DNA from: Candidatus Marinacidobacterium sp. | GTDB taxonomy: Bacteria; Acidobacteriota; Vicinamibacteria; Marinacidobacterales; Marinacidobacteraceae | Direction: 5' to 3' | Length of the DNA stretch: 64,000 bases | Assembly: GCA_965204755.1 (NCBI GenBank) | Contig: OZ242011.1 | Location: forward strand, 2,848,001 to 2,912,000 | Shown: positions 19,501 through 29,060 of the stretch, in pieces | Layout: the number at the start of each line of letters is the position of its first letter | Position numbering within the stretch: position 1 is the stretch's first letter | Position numbers and translations under genes: made by a program | Notes under the pieces: model-generated | Told to the model about the DNA's origin: nothing | Databases searched by the model: none | Seen by the model: only the letters and a program-made list of their open reading frames with translations

Positions 19501-21381
19501 ATGATCGGGATGTGTTCGGCCGGCTCCGCGCGGCGGCTCGTTTCGGCTTTCGCGAGAACGCCGGTTGGCGGAATCTCGTTTCGAGTGCTCGCCGTCGCCG
19601 GGGTTTGCGGAGGCGTCCTGCTCGGCGGTCCGCTTCCGGAGGCCGCGGCGGAAGCGCGCGCCGGGAACGCGGAGCGACAGCAGGAAGCGGCGGCGCGGGA
19701 CCGGGCGCTCCACGAGTTGTTCGGCGACTTCATGGAGTTTCGGCGGCGGGAGGAGCCGCGGTTCGCGGCGTCGCTCGACGGTCGGCCGCCGGAGAGTCTC
19801 GGGTCGAACACGGAGCCGGACATTCGGCGGAGGACGGGGGCGCTGGAGGCGTTTCGCGGGCGGCTGCTCGCCATACCCGTTGAGCGCTTGTCGAACGACG
19901 ACCGCGTCCACCGGGACATCTTCGAGGCGGCGCTGGCCGAGCGCCTGGGCGACGCCCGGTTCGGGGCGCACTTCCTTCCCATCAACGCCGATTCCGGATT
20001 CCACATCGGGATGGCGCGGCTCCCGAACTCGGTTCCGCTCCGCACCGTCGAGGACTATGTGGCTTATCTCCGACTGCTGCGGGACATACCGCGGTACTTC
20101 GACGAACACATCGCCCTGATGCGGCGCGGCGTCGAACTCGGGATAACCGTGCCGCGGATCGTGCTCGACGGTTACGAGGTCACGATCTCCAGCCACCTCG
20201 TGGAGGATCCGGAGGACAGCGTGTTCTTCGCTCCCTTCCGGGCGTTCCCGGACCGGATCGGCGAAGCGGAGCGCGCGCGGTTGACGAGCGCCGGGGTCGA
20301 GGCCATCCGCGAGGGGCCGGTCGCTGCGTACGCGGCATTCCTCAGTTTCTTCGAGGACGAGTACCGCCCGAACGCCCGGGAAACGATCGGCGCCTCCGAC
20401 CTGCCCGACGGCCGCAGTTACTACGCGTTCCTGATCGGGCGGTTCACCACGCTCGACCGGACCGCCGAAGAGGTCCACCGGATCGGTCTCGCCGAAGTGG
20501 AACGGATCCGGGGCGAGATGGAGGAGGCCATGCGCGCCACCGGCTTCACCCGGGAGTTCGCCGAGTTCCTGGAGTTCCTCCGCACCGACCCGCAGTTCTA
20601 TGTGGAGGAGCCCGAGGACCTGTTGCGGGAGGCGGCGTGGATCTCGAAGCGCATGGACGGCGCCCTTCCCCGGTTGTTCCGCGCGCTGCCCCGCCAGCCC
20701 TACACCGTCGAGCCGGTGCCGGACGCCATCGCGCCGAAGTACACCGGCGGCAGGTATGTGGGGGCGAGTCTCGACTCGACCCAGCCGGGGAGGTATTGGG
20801 TGAACACCTACCGGCTCGACTCGCGGCCGCTCTACACGCTCGAGGCGCTCTCGCTCCACGAGGCGGTTCCCGGCCACCACCTGCAGATCTCCCTCGCCAA
20901 GGAACTCGACCTGCCGGAGTTCCGCCGGTACTTCGGCATCGGGGCGTATTCGGAAGGCTGGGGGCTCTACTCGGAACGGCTCGGCCTGGAAGTCGGCTTC
21001 TACACGGATCCCTACTCCAACTTCGGGCGCCTCACCTACGAGATGTGGCGCGCCTGCCGCCTGGTGGTGGACACCGGGATGCATGCGCTCGGCTGGACCC
21101 GGCAACAGACGCTCGACTACCTGGCGGCGAACACCGCGCTTTCGATCCACGAGATCACGACGGAGACCGACCGTTACATCGCTTGGCCCGGGCAGGCCCT
21201 CGGCTACAAGATGGGCGAACTCAAGATCCGGGAGTTGCGCGAACTCGCCGAAACGGAACTCGGTGAGGACTTCGATGTCCGGGACTTCCACGACCGCGTG
21301 CTGCTGAGCGGCCCGGTGACCCTCCCGGTCCTCGACGACCTCATCCGCCGCTGGCTCGCCGAACGAACCTCGGCCGAATAG
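19501..21381 (+). CDS. DUF885 family exported protein
   Basis: HEAVPGHHLQ, AYSEGWGLYSE, RACRLVVDTGMH, WPGQALGYKMG, FHDRVL. Confidence 0.9.
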   Translation: MIGMCSAGSARRLVSAFARTPVGGISFRVLAVAGVCGGVLLGGPLPEAAAEARAGNAERQQEAAARDRALHELFGDFMEFRRREEPRFAASLDGRPPESLGSNTEPDIRRRTGALEAFRGRLLAIPVERLSNDDRVHRDIFEAALAERLGDARFGAHFLPINADSGFHIGMARLPNSVPLRTVEDYVAYLRLLRDIPRYFDEHIALMRRGVELGITVPRIVLDGYEVTISSHLVEDPEDSVFFAPFRAFPDRIGEAERARLTSAGVEAIREGPVAAYAAFLSFFEDEYRPNARETIGASDLPDGRSYYAFLIGRFTTLDRTAEEVHRIGLAEVERIRGEMEEAMRATGFTREFAEFLEFLRTDPQFYVEEPEDLLREAAWISKRMDGALPRLFRALPRQPYTVEPVPDAIAPKYTGGRYVGASLDSTQPGRYWVNTYRLDSRPLYTLEALSLHEAVPGHHLQISLAKELDLPEFRRYFGIGAYSEGWGLYSERLGLEVGFYTDPYSNFGRLTYEMWRACRLVVDTGMHALGWTRQQTLDYLAANTALSIHEITTETDRYIAWPGQALGYKMGELKIRELRELAETELGEDFDVRDFHDRVLLSGPVTLPVLDDLIRRWLAERTSAE

Positions 21382-21409
21382 GACGCCGCGCGCCCGGCGC
21401 CCGGAGCGC

Positions 21410-21802
21410 TCAGCCCCGCCGGGCGGCTATGGCGTCGGCGACTCGGGCGAGGAACCGGGCCTGCCCGCTCCCCAGCCCCCGCAGGTAGTCCAGCAGGTCC
21501 GCCTTCGACGAGTCGGGGTCCTTGGCGTGATCGTGCAGAAGATCCGCGGCGAGTTCGGTGAGCGACCGGCCGAGCGACCCTTCTTCGTCCGCCGCGCGGT
21601 CGGCCCCCGTCACTTCCGACGCCTCCGACGCCTCCGACGCGAAGGGATGGCCGGCACCGACCGACGCGATCTCGCCGGCCAGTTGCCGCAGTTCCGCCGC
21701 CACTGCTTTGGCGCCCGCCCGGCGAACGACGCCTTGCGCCAGCCGGCGGACGATCTCTCCCTGCGGCTGCTCCGAGAGCATCGGCCGAAGGGTACTGCTC
21801 AC
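21410..21802 (-). CDS. Small hypothetical helical protein (paralog 1)
   Basis: Similar to the adjacent ORF: AELRQLAGEI, SLTELAADLLHDHA, LRGLGSGQARFLARVAD. Confidence 0.65.
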   Translation of the reverse strand: MSSTLRPMLSEQPQGEIVRRLAQGVVRRAGAKAVAAELRQLAGEIASVGAGHPFASEASEASEVTGADRAADEEGSLGRSLTELAADLLHDHAKDPDSSKADLLDYLRGLGSGQARFLARVADAIAARRG

Positions 21803-21844
21803 GGCGGGTGCGGACCTCCTGGCCGGCCGCGCGGGCGCCGCCGG

Positions 21845-22204
21845 TCAGCGCCCGTGACGGGACTCGACGAAGTCGGCGACTCGGCGGAGGAAGTCTCCTC
21901 GCCCGTGTCCGAGGCCCTCGAGGAAAACGCGGAGGTCCTCGCGGCTGCGACCGCCGCTCTCGCCGGCGTGGTCGTGGAGCAGGGCCGCCGCCAGTTCCGT
22001 CAGCGACGCCGCCATCGAGCCGCTCCCGTCGGTCATCCGCAGCGCCGAAGCGACCCCGGCGGGGAAGGGGTCGTTCGCGGTGAGCGCCTCGATCTCCTCG
22101 GCCAGCCGCCGCAGTTCGGCGGCGGCTTCGGAAGCGTCCGGCGACGCCGCGACCGCCAGCGCCAGTTCCTCGGCGAGGTCGTCGAACCTGCGGGACGCGG
22201 TCAT
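21845..22204 (-). CDS. Small hypothetical helical protein (paralog 2)
   Basis: AELRRLAEEI, SLTELAAALLHDHA, LEGLGHGRGDFLRRVAD; ATG at 22204 inferred. Confidence 0.65.
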   Translation of the reverse strand: MTASRRFDDLAEELALAVAASPDASEAAAELRRLAEEIEALTANDPFPAGVASALRMTDGSGSMAASLTELAAALLHDHAGESGGRSREDLRVFLEGLGHGRGDFLRRVADFVESRHGR

Positions 22205-22305
22205 GGGCGAGGCCGTAGGGTACCGACCTGCCGGCGCCGTTCCGGGTCGCAACGGAACCGGAGCGGTTCGCCGACCATGCGAGTACGGAAGACGCCGGTG
22301 ACCGA

Positions 22306-23232
22306 ATGACCGAGTTGCCGACCGCGGAGGACGGCCGCGCGCGCTTCCAGCCGGCGGCGGTTCGACTGCTCGCCGGCCGCTGGCGCCCGGAACTCGACCG
22401 GCTCGTCGGCGACGCTCGGCGATCCCTGCTCTTCGCCGCGCCTTACATCAAGCGCGATGAAGCCGACCGGGTGTGCGCCTCGGTCGCTCCCGGCGTCGAG
22501 ATGCTGACGCTCGCCAACCTCGATGTGGGGGCGGTCAGCGCGGCGGCGCTGGACATCGCGGCGCTCGTGCGGCTGGCGCAGGCTACGGCCGGCGCCCGGG
22601 TGGTCGCGCTCTCGAACCTGCATGCGAAGGTGTATGTCGCCGACGAAGACGCCGCCATCGTTACCTCGGGCAACCTCACGCGCGCCGGTCTCGACTCCAA
22701 CCTGGAATACGGCGTCCTGTTGCGGGAACCGAAGACCGTCCATTCGGTTCGGAGCGACCTGATGGCGTTCGCCCGCCTGGGCGCCGAGGCGGACGCGGGC
22801 GCGCTGTCGGCGTTGCTTCCCCTGGAAACCGAACTTCGGCGGTCGCGCGCGGGGCTCGAAGGCGATGCCGGGGCGAAACGGCGTTTCGCTTCCGCGGTGC
22901 GGAAGGCGCGCCCGGTCTTCGGCGAACTCCAGGTCGGCGACCGCAGCGCCCACGCCGTGTTCGCCGAAGCCATCCTGATGTCCCTGCGCCGAGGAGGCCC
23001 CGCGCGAACGACCGCGCTGCAGGAAGGGGCGCGCCGGCTCCTGCCGGCGCTCTGCGACGACGACGAGATCCTCGTCATCCGGGGCGAGCGCTACGGCAGC
23101 GCGTGGAAGCGGAGATTCCGCCACGCCCAGTTGCACCTCAGCCGCAAGGGGCTCATCGAATACGACGCGGCCGCGAAGACCTGGGCGGTAACCGAAGCCC
23201 GGCGTTCCGACCGAACGCCGGGCGCCGCCTGA
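22306..23232 (+). CDS. PLD-family (HKD) nuclease with C-terminal winged-helix/Mrr_N-like domain
   Basis: LHAKVYVADEDAAIVTSGNLT (HxKxxxxD...SxN); C-terminal WKRRFRHAQLHLSRKGLIEY...W. Confidence 0.75.
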   Translation: MTELPTAEDGRARFQPAAVRLLAGRWRPELDRLVGDARRSLLFAAPYIKRDEADRVCASVAPGVEMLTLANLDVGAVSAAALDIAALVRLAQATAGARVVALSNLHAKVYVADEDAAIVTSGNLTRAGLDSNLEYGVLLREPKTVHSVRSDLMAFARLGAEADAGALSALLPLETELRRSRAGLEGDAGAKRRFASAVRKARPVFGELQVGDRSAHAVFAEAILMSLRRGGPARTTALQEGARRLLPALCDDDEILVIRGERYGSAWKRRFRHAQLHLSRKGLIEYDAAAKTWAVTEARRSDRTPGAA

Positions 23233-23235
23233 ACC

Positions 23236-26200
23236 TCAGTTCCCCGGCGGGAGGCGGCGGCCCGGGGTCCACGGGGCGCCGGCGGCTTCGAGGTCGGTCT
23301 CCAGGGCGGCCAGGTCGTGTTCGATGAGCGCTTTCAACTCCGCGGCCAGCGGTTCGAACTGCTCGGCGGCGATGCGCGCCTGTTCTCGCTGGGTGGCGGT
23401 CGGCATCTCGCGCGTTCCCCAGTGGCCGGAGGCCGTACGGCCCAGCCGGTTGCGGATGGAAGGCGCCGCCGGTTCGTTTCGGGACTGCCGCTCCGGGTCG
23501 CCGTTCAGCCGGACTTCCAGCCCGGAGAGCGTCTCCAGCAGGGAGTCCATCCGCGTGAACAGTTCCGCGTCCGCCTTCGGGGTCTCGGCGAGCGCGGCGC
23601 GGAGGTGGCGGAGGCGTTCGCGCACCCGTCTCGCCTCGGCGGCGGCGCCGCCGGCGCGGCGCAGGAGTTCGGCGGTCTCCTGCTGGAACGCCGCGACCGA
23701 GGCCGGGTCGGCGCCGGCGGGGAGGTTCGGCGACGGCTTCACCCGGAACGACTGCGGCTCGCCGAGTTCCCGGACCCCGTCGCGGCCCGCCGCCACGAGC
23801 CGCGCCCGGTACTCGCCCGGCGGCCACAGCGGCCCCTGCGGCGGGCGCGCCCACGGCGGACGGAAACCCGGCGTGGACAGGTCCACCGGGTTCGGCGGCG
23901 GGCCGCGGAGATCCCAGGCCACCCGGTGCGTCCCCTTCTTCGCCGGGCCGGGGACCCGCCGCGCGGGCTCGCCGTCCGCGGTCTCGATCAGCACGAACAC
24001 CGACGGGTCGGCTTCGAGTTCTTCGAGGCGCAGCGCGTCGAAGCCGGGGAAGGGGATGTCGTCGCCGCGCTCGCGCCGTTCCTTTTCCCGATTGCGCCGC
24101 GCCTCTTTCGCGGTGGTCAGGGTCTCCGGCAGGTAGTAGGTGAAGACCGCGCCGAACGGCGGGTTGTCCGCGGCGAAGGCGGTGCTGCCGTAGGTCGGGC
24201 GTCCCGGTGCCTGCGTCGGCACGGAGGGGATGTACCACCAGGCGTCGCGCACCGGGAAGAGCGTCGCTTCGTCGGCCTGCGCCGCGTCCGCCAGACCGCG
24301 CAGCGCGCGGTAGTCGTCCAGCACGAAGAACCCGCGCCCGAAGGTGGCGCCGACCAGGTCCTCGTCGCGCCGCTGCACCTTCAGGTCGCGGAACGCGATC
24401 GTCGGCGCGCCTTTCAACCGGTACCAGTTCTCGCCGCCGTTCGGCGAGAAGTGGAGTCCGAACTCCGCGGCGAGGAACAGGAGGTCGGGGTCGCGGTGGT
24501 CCTGCTGGATCGCCCAGACGATGGTGTCTTCGGGAAGGTCGCCGGCGACGGAGGTCCACGACTGTCCCCGGTCGCGGCTCGCGAACAGGTACGGCCGGAA
24601 GTCGCCGGTCTTGTGGTTGTCCGCGACGGCGAACACCGTGTCGGCGTCGTGCTGGCCGGCTTCCACATCGTTGATGAACGAGAGCGCCGGAAGCCCCGGC
24701 AGGTCGGCGAGCCGCGTCCAGGTCTCGCCGCCGTCCGCCGTGCCGTGCAGCAGGCCGTCGTCGCTCCCGGTATAGAGCACGCCTTCCGCCACCGGTGATT
24801 CGGAGATCGCCGTGAGCGTGGCGTAACGCGACATCGCGCCGGTGTCATGCAGCGCGTCCACGCTCCATACCCGGTCGTAGAACGGCAGTTCGTAACGGTT
24901 TCGCCCGGTGGTCAGGTCGGCGCTGGCCGCCGTCCAGGAATGCCCCCGGTCGTCGCTGCGCCAGACGCGCTGCGAGCCGTAGTACACCCGGTCGGCGTCG
25001 TGCGGGCTGAGGAGCAGCGGCGCGTCCCAGTTCCATCTCTCCGGCGGCTCCCCCGGCGCGGGTATCGGTTGGATATGCAGCACTTCCTGGTTGCGCCGGT
25101 CCACCCGCTGCAGGTTTCCCTGCTGGGTCATCAGGTAGAGGAGGTTCGGATCGCGCGGGTCGATCTCCACGCCGTAGCCGTCGGCGCCGAGCGGGACATA
25201 CCAATCCTCGTTCCGCACGCCTTCCAGGTTGTCGGTCCGCGCCGGCCCGTGGACGGTCCCGAGGTCCTGCGCGCCGCCGAGCACTTCGTAGAACGGTTCC
25301 GCGTTGCTCAGCGCGACCTTGTAGAACTGCGAGATCGGCAGGTTCGGGAAATGGCGCCAACTCGCGCCTTCGTCGAAGGTCTCGTAGAGGCCCGCGTCGG
25401 TCCCGGCGAGCAGGTGCTTCGGGTCGTCCGGGTCGATCCAGAGCGCGTGGTTGTCCGAATGCTTCTCCCGCCCGGTGCCCAGGACCCCGAAGGTCTTCCC
25501 GCCGTCGCGCGTCACCTGGAGGAACACATCCATCTGGTAAACGAGATCCGGATCGGTGGGCGACGCCTCGATCTCCTGGTAGTAGTGCGGCCCGGTGCCG
25601 CCGGAGATGTACGGGTTCCGGCGCGTCCAACTCTCGCCCCGGTCCGGCGACCGGTAGAAGCCGCGCTCTTCCTCGCCGGCTTCGATCGTCGCGTACACCA
25701 AGCGGGGATCGGCCGGCGTGACGGCGAGTCCGATCTTGCCGATGTCACCCTTCGGGAGGCCCCGGGTGACGCGGCGGAAAGTGCGGCCGCCGTCGTCGGA
25801 GCGGTGGATGCCCGAACCCGGGCCGCCGCCGAGGAACGACCAGATGTGCCGCCGGCGTTGGTAGGCGGCGGCGTACACCGTGTCCGGGTCGTCGGGGGCG
25901 AACTCCAGGTCGGTGACGCCGGTGTCCGGGCCGGCGTCCAGCACCAGGTCCCAGGTCGCGCCGCCGTCCTCGGTGCGGTACGCGCCGCGCTCGCCGCCGC
26001 CGTTCCAGAGCGGGCCCTCCGCGGCCACGAGCACCACCCGGCTGTCGCGCGGGTCCACCAGGATGCGCCCGATGTGCTGTGAGCCGGCGAGGCCCATCCG
26101 CTCCCAGGACGCGCCGCCGTCGCGGCTGCGGTACACCCCGTCGCCCCAGCCGACATGGCGTCCGCTCACATTCTCGCCGGTCCCCACCCAGACGACTTCC

Positions 26201-26598
26201 GGATTCGACGGGTCGAGCGCCACCGCGCCGGTGGAGTAGGACTTCTGTCCGTCGAAGATCGGCCGCCAGGTGGTTCCGGCGTTCTCGGTCTTCCAGACGC
26301 CGCCGGAGCCCACCGCCAGGTACCAGGTGGAGCGGCGCTCGGGGTGCACGGCGATGTCGGCGATCCGGCCGCCCATGCGCGCCGGGCCGATCCCCCGCAG
26401 CGGCAGCCCGGAGAGCGCCGCCTCGACGGCGGCCCGGCCGCCCTCGGAATCGCCTCCGGACGCCGTCGGGGTCGTTTGGGCCGTCGAAACCGGCGCGAAC
26501 GCCGCCGCGCCGACGGTGACGACCGCGGCCGAAAGGCTGCCGCGCCGGAAGACTTTCCGAAGGAAGCGGTCGCGCGAGCGCCGGATGAAGTGGAGCAT
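23236..26598 (-). CDS. VPS10/BNR (Asp-box) repeat beta-propeller protein, glycosyl-hydrolase-like
   Basis: LRGIGPARMGGRIAD and many Asp-boxes (SRDGGASW, TEDGGATW, SDDGGRTF, TRDGGKTF); signal peptide after ATG 26598. Confidence 0.85.
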   Translation of the reverse strand: MLHFIRRSRDRFLRKVFRRGSLSAAVVTVGAAAFAPVSTAQTTPTASGGDSEGGRAAVEAALSGLPLRGIGPARMGGRIADIAVHPERRSTWYLAVGSGGVWKTENAGTTWRPIFDGQKSYSTGAVALDPSNPEVVWVGTGENVSGRHVGWGDGVYRSRDGGASWERMGLAGSQHIGRILVDPRDSRVVLVAAEGPLWNGGGERGAYRTEDGGATWDLVLDAGPDTGVTDLEFAPDDPDTVYAAAYQRRRHIWSFLGGGPGSGIHRSDDGGRTFRRVTRGLPKGDIGKIGLAVTPADPRLVYATIEAGEEERGFYRSPDRGESWTRRNPYISGGTGPHYYQEIEASPTDPDLVYQMDVFLQVTRDGGKTFGVLGTGREKHSDNHALWIDPDDPKHLLAGTDAGLYETFDEGASWRHFPNLPISQFYKVALSNAEPFYEVLGGAQDLGTVHGPARTDNLEGVRNEDWYVPLGADGYGVEIDPRDPNLLYLMTQQGNLQRVDRRNQEVLHIQPIPAPGEPPERWNWDAPLLLSPHDADRVYYGSQRVWRSDDRGHSWTAASADLTTGRNRYELPFYDRVWSVDALHDTGAMSRYATLTAISESPVAEGVLYTGSDDGLLHGTADGGETWTRLADLPGLPALSFINDVEAGQHDADTVFAVADNHKTGDFRPYLFASRDRGQSWTSVAGDLPEDTIVWAIQQDHRDPDLLFLAAEFGLHFSPNGGENWYRLKGAPTIAFRDLKVQRRDEDLVGATFGRGFFVLDDYRALRGLADAAQADEATLFPVRDAWWYIPSVPTQAPGRPTYGSTAFAADNPPFGAVFTYYLPETLTTAKEARRNREKERRERGDDIPFPGFDALRLEELEADPSVFVLIETADGEPARRVPGPAKKGTHRVAWDLRGPPPNPVDLSTPGFRPPWARPPQGPLWPPGEYRARLVAAGRDGVRELGEPQSFRVKPSPNLPAGADPASVAAFQQETAELLRRAGGAAAEARRVRERLRHLRAALAETPKADAELFTRMDSLLETLSGLEVRLNGDPERQSRNEPAAPSIRNRLGRTASGHWGTREMPTATQREQARIAAEQFEPLAAELKALIEHDLAALETDLEAAGAPWTPGRRLPPGN

Positions 26599-26776
26599 GG
26601 TCTGGATGGCCTCCCGCCGGGGCCTCGCGCGGCCCTCCGGCGCCGCGGTTCCGCGCGCGGCGGCGGGGATCGGCGCGCGGCGCCGCCCGGCACGGGGAAT
26701 GCTCGCATACGGCCCGGGAGACGCCCCGTACACCGTGGTTTCGCGTGCTACATTCCGGGAGAGAGGGGCGAGAGAA

Positions 26777-27649
26777 GTGAGCCTTGGGTCCGGCGGCGCG
26801 GCAGCGACCGACAGCGTGGCGGCGGGCCGCGAGCCGAAGTCCGACCGCGTCCGGCGGCTTCCGATCCGCCGCGCGCGCCTGGCGAGCCGCGTCGTCGTCG
26901 CCGTCCTGCTCGGCCTGGGTTTCGGCGGACTCCTCTTCGTCCCGTCCACTTGGTACGGCTGGACCGCCGATATCCTGCTCCGCACCTGGCTCGCGTTCCT
27001 CGGCACGGTCATGGCCCACGAGGCGGTCCACGGGCTCGTCGGCGCCACCCGGCGCGGCAACGCCTTCTGGGGGCGGCTGGCCCTGCTCCCCTGCATGGTG
27101 CCGTTCACCAACTTCCGCGGCACCCACCTCCTGCACCACGCCCACACCAACGAGCCGGGGAAGGATCCCGACCTGTTCCTCCGGCCCCGCCGCCTCTGGC
27201 TCCTGCCGTTCCGGGCGGTCGCCATGCCGCACCAGTGGTTCTTCTGGCTGCGCGGCGAGGGGCGGCTGGCCCCCGGCCACGCCCGCGACCTCGTCGGGAA
27301 CTACCTGCTCATCGCCGCCTGCTACCTCCCGGTCCTGCTCGCCGTCGGGCCGGCGCGGCTGGTCTTCGGCATGGCGCCGGTCTGCATCCTGACTTCGCTC
27401 CTGCTGTGGATCCCCTTCGCCCACCTCACCCACGAGGGCTACTCCACCGGGCCTGCCGAAGAGCGTTCCCACAACTACTACGGCCGCCCGGCCTACTGGT
27501 TCTCGCTCGGCCTGTCGATGCACCGGGAACACCACCTGAGGCCGCATCTCTCCTGGCTGGAGTTGCGCCAGTTCGTGAAGCCGGACCCGAAGCGCCGCCT
27601 GCTGCCTCGGCGGGATGTGCGGAAGGCCCAAGCGGCCGCGGCCGCTTGA
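26777..27649 (+). CDS. Membrane fatty-acid desaturase family protein
   Basis: His boxes HEAVH, HLLHH, HLTH, HREHH plus TM segments; GTG start inferred. Confidence 0.85.
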   Translation: MSLGSGGAAATDSVAAGREPKSDRVRRLPIRRARLASRVVVAVLLGLGFGGLLFVPSTWYGWTADILLRTWLAFLGTVMAHEAVHGLVGATRRGNAFWGRLALLPCMVPFTNFRGTHLLHHAHTNEPGKDPDLFLRPRRLWLLPFRAVAMPHQWFFWLRGEGRLAPGHARDLVGNYLLIAACYLPVLLAVGPARLVFGMAPVCILTSLLLWIPFAHLTHEGYSTGPAEERSHNYYGRPAYWFSLGLSMHREHHLRPHLSWLELRQFVKPDPKRRLLPRRDVRKAQAAAAA

Positions 27650-27730
27650 TCCGCCTGACGGCCGCGGCCGCTCGATCCGCCCGACGGCCGCGGCCGCTCG
27701 ATCCAACTGACGGCCGCGGCCGCTCGATCC
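27633..27730. repeat. ~3.8 x 26-bp tandem repeat with palindromic core CGGCCGCGGCCG
   Basis: Units start at 27633, 27659, 27685 and 27711; the first includes the desaturase stop codon. Confidence 0.85.
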
Positions 27731-27797
27731 GAACCCGCCTCCCCCCGGCGGCGAACGCCGCGTCCGCGCCCGCCGCCCCGGCGGCCCGACCGGCCCG

Positions 27798-29060
27798 ATG
27801 AGGGAGCGGGCGCCGGCGCCGGTCGGGCCGATGCGGCTGACCGCGCCGGACCTCGCCTGCCTCACCGCCGACTCCCCGCAGCGGCCGCTGGACTACGCGG
27901 TGATCCTCCACTTCGACCGCGGCGAGGCCGATCCCTTCTCCCTGGACGACCTGCGGCGGGGGGCCGAGGAAGCCCGCCGCGCCTACCCGGTGGCCGCCAG
28001 CCGGATTCGCGGGAGCCGCTGGATCCCCTTCGCCCGGCCGCCCGGCGCGGTCGCCTGCTGGCGCCTCCCCGGCGAGGAGACCCGGCCGCTCATCCGCGAC
28101 TACCTCGCTTCGGGCTTCCGACTCGGCGAGGAGCCGCCGCTCCGGCAGTTGCTCCTCGAAAGCGGCGACCCGCCGCGTTGGAGTCTGGTGACGCGGGTGC
28201 ACCACGCCGCCTCCGACCTGACCGGCGCCCTGCTGTTCGTCGGCCGGCAACTCGCGGCGGCCCTCGGCGGGGCGCCGGAGGCGGAGCCGCAGCAGGGCCC
28301 GCCGGCGCTCCACCAGCACCGGCGCGGCCGGCGCGACCCCGGCTCGCAGGAGCCGTCCACGCCGCTCGCGGTCGCGGCCGGCCCGCCGTCCCCGGAGCGG
28401 GAGTGGATGCGGTTCACCGTGGACCGGACGCCCTTCTCCGAAGTGTCCTGGCACTTCGACGGCTTCACCTGGAACGATGTGCTGCTCGCGGCGGCGATGT
28501 CCGCGCTGGCCGACTGGAACCGGAGCCGGCGCGCCTCCGCCGCCCGGATCGGGCTCTGGGTGCCGATGAATGTGCGCCGGAACCGCTTCGCCGGCTTCGG
28601 CAACGGCGCTTCCCGGATCCGGGTGCACCGCCAGCGGGCGCCCGGCGGCACGCCCAAGGAGCGGTTCAACCAGCAACTCCGGCTGATCCGGCAGGAGGTG
28701 CTGCGCGCCCGGGTCGAAGGCGAGTGGGCCCTGCCTTCCGGCCCGTTCACCCGGCTGCTGCTCCGCGCCGCCCCGTCGGTCGCCCGGAAGTGGCTGGACC
28801 GCTCCGGGGCGGACTACGGCACCGCCGGTTTCGCCCACCTCGAGCGCTGGCCCGGCGACCGGGAGCCGGCGTTCGGGGCGGTCTCCGACCTCGAAGTCGT
28901 CTCCTGCCTGCACGAGCGCCACCCGCTCTACTTCACCGCGCTCTCCCGTCCGGAAGTCACCGAAGTGACGATCACCTGGGACCCGGCGCTGCTGAGCGCC
29001 GACGATGTCGCGACGATCGGCGCCGGGTTCCGGCGCGCCGCCGCGCTGGCCCGTCCGTGA
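27798..29060 (+). CDS. Stand-alone condensation-domain / CoA-dependent acyltransferase superfamily protein
   Basis: HHAASDLTG (HHxxxDxxG-type catalytic motif), TWNDVLLAA, WVPMNVR. Confidence 0.7.
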   Translation: MRERAPAPVGPMRLTAPDLACLTADSPQRPLDYAVILHFDRGEADPFSLDDLRRGAEEARRAYPVAASRIRGSRWIPFARPPGAVACWRLPGEETRPLIRDYLASGFRLGEEPPLRQLLLESGDPPRWSLVTRVHHAASDLTGALLFVGRQLAAALGGAPEAEPQQGPPALHQHRRGRRDPGSQEPSTPLAVAAGPPSPEREWMRFTVDRTPFSEVSWHFDGFTWNDVLLAAAMSALADWNRSRRASAARIGLWVPMNVRRNRFAGFGNGASRIRVHRQRAPGGTPKERFNQQLRLIRQEVLRARVEGEWALPSGPFTRLLLRAAPSVARKWLDRSGADYGTAGFAHLERWPGDREPAFGAVSDLEVVSCLHERHPLYFTALSRPEVTEVTITWDPALLSADDVATIGAGFRRAAALARP

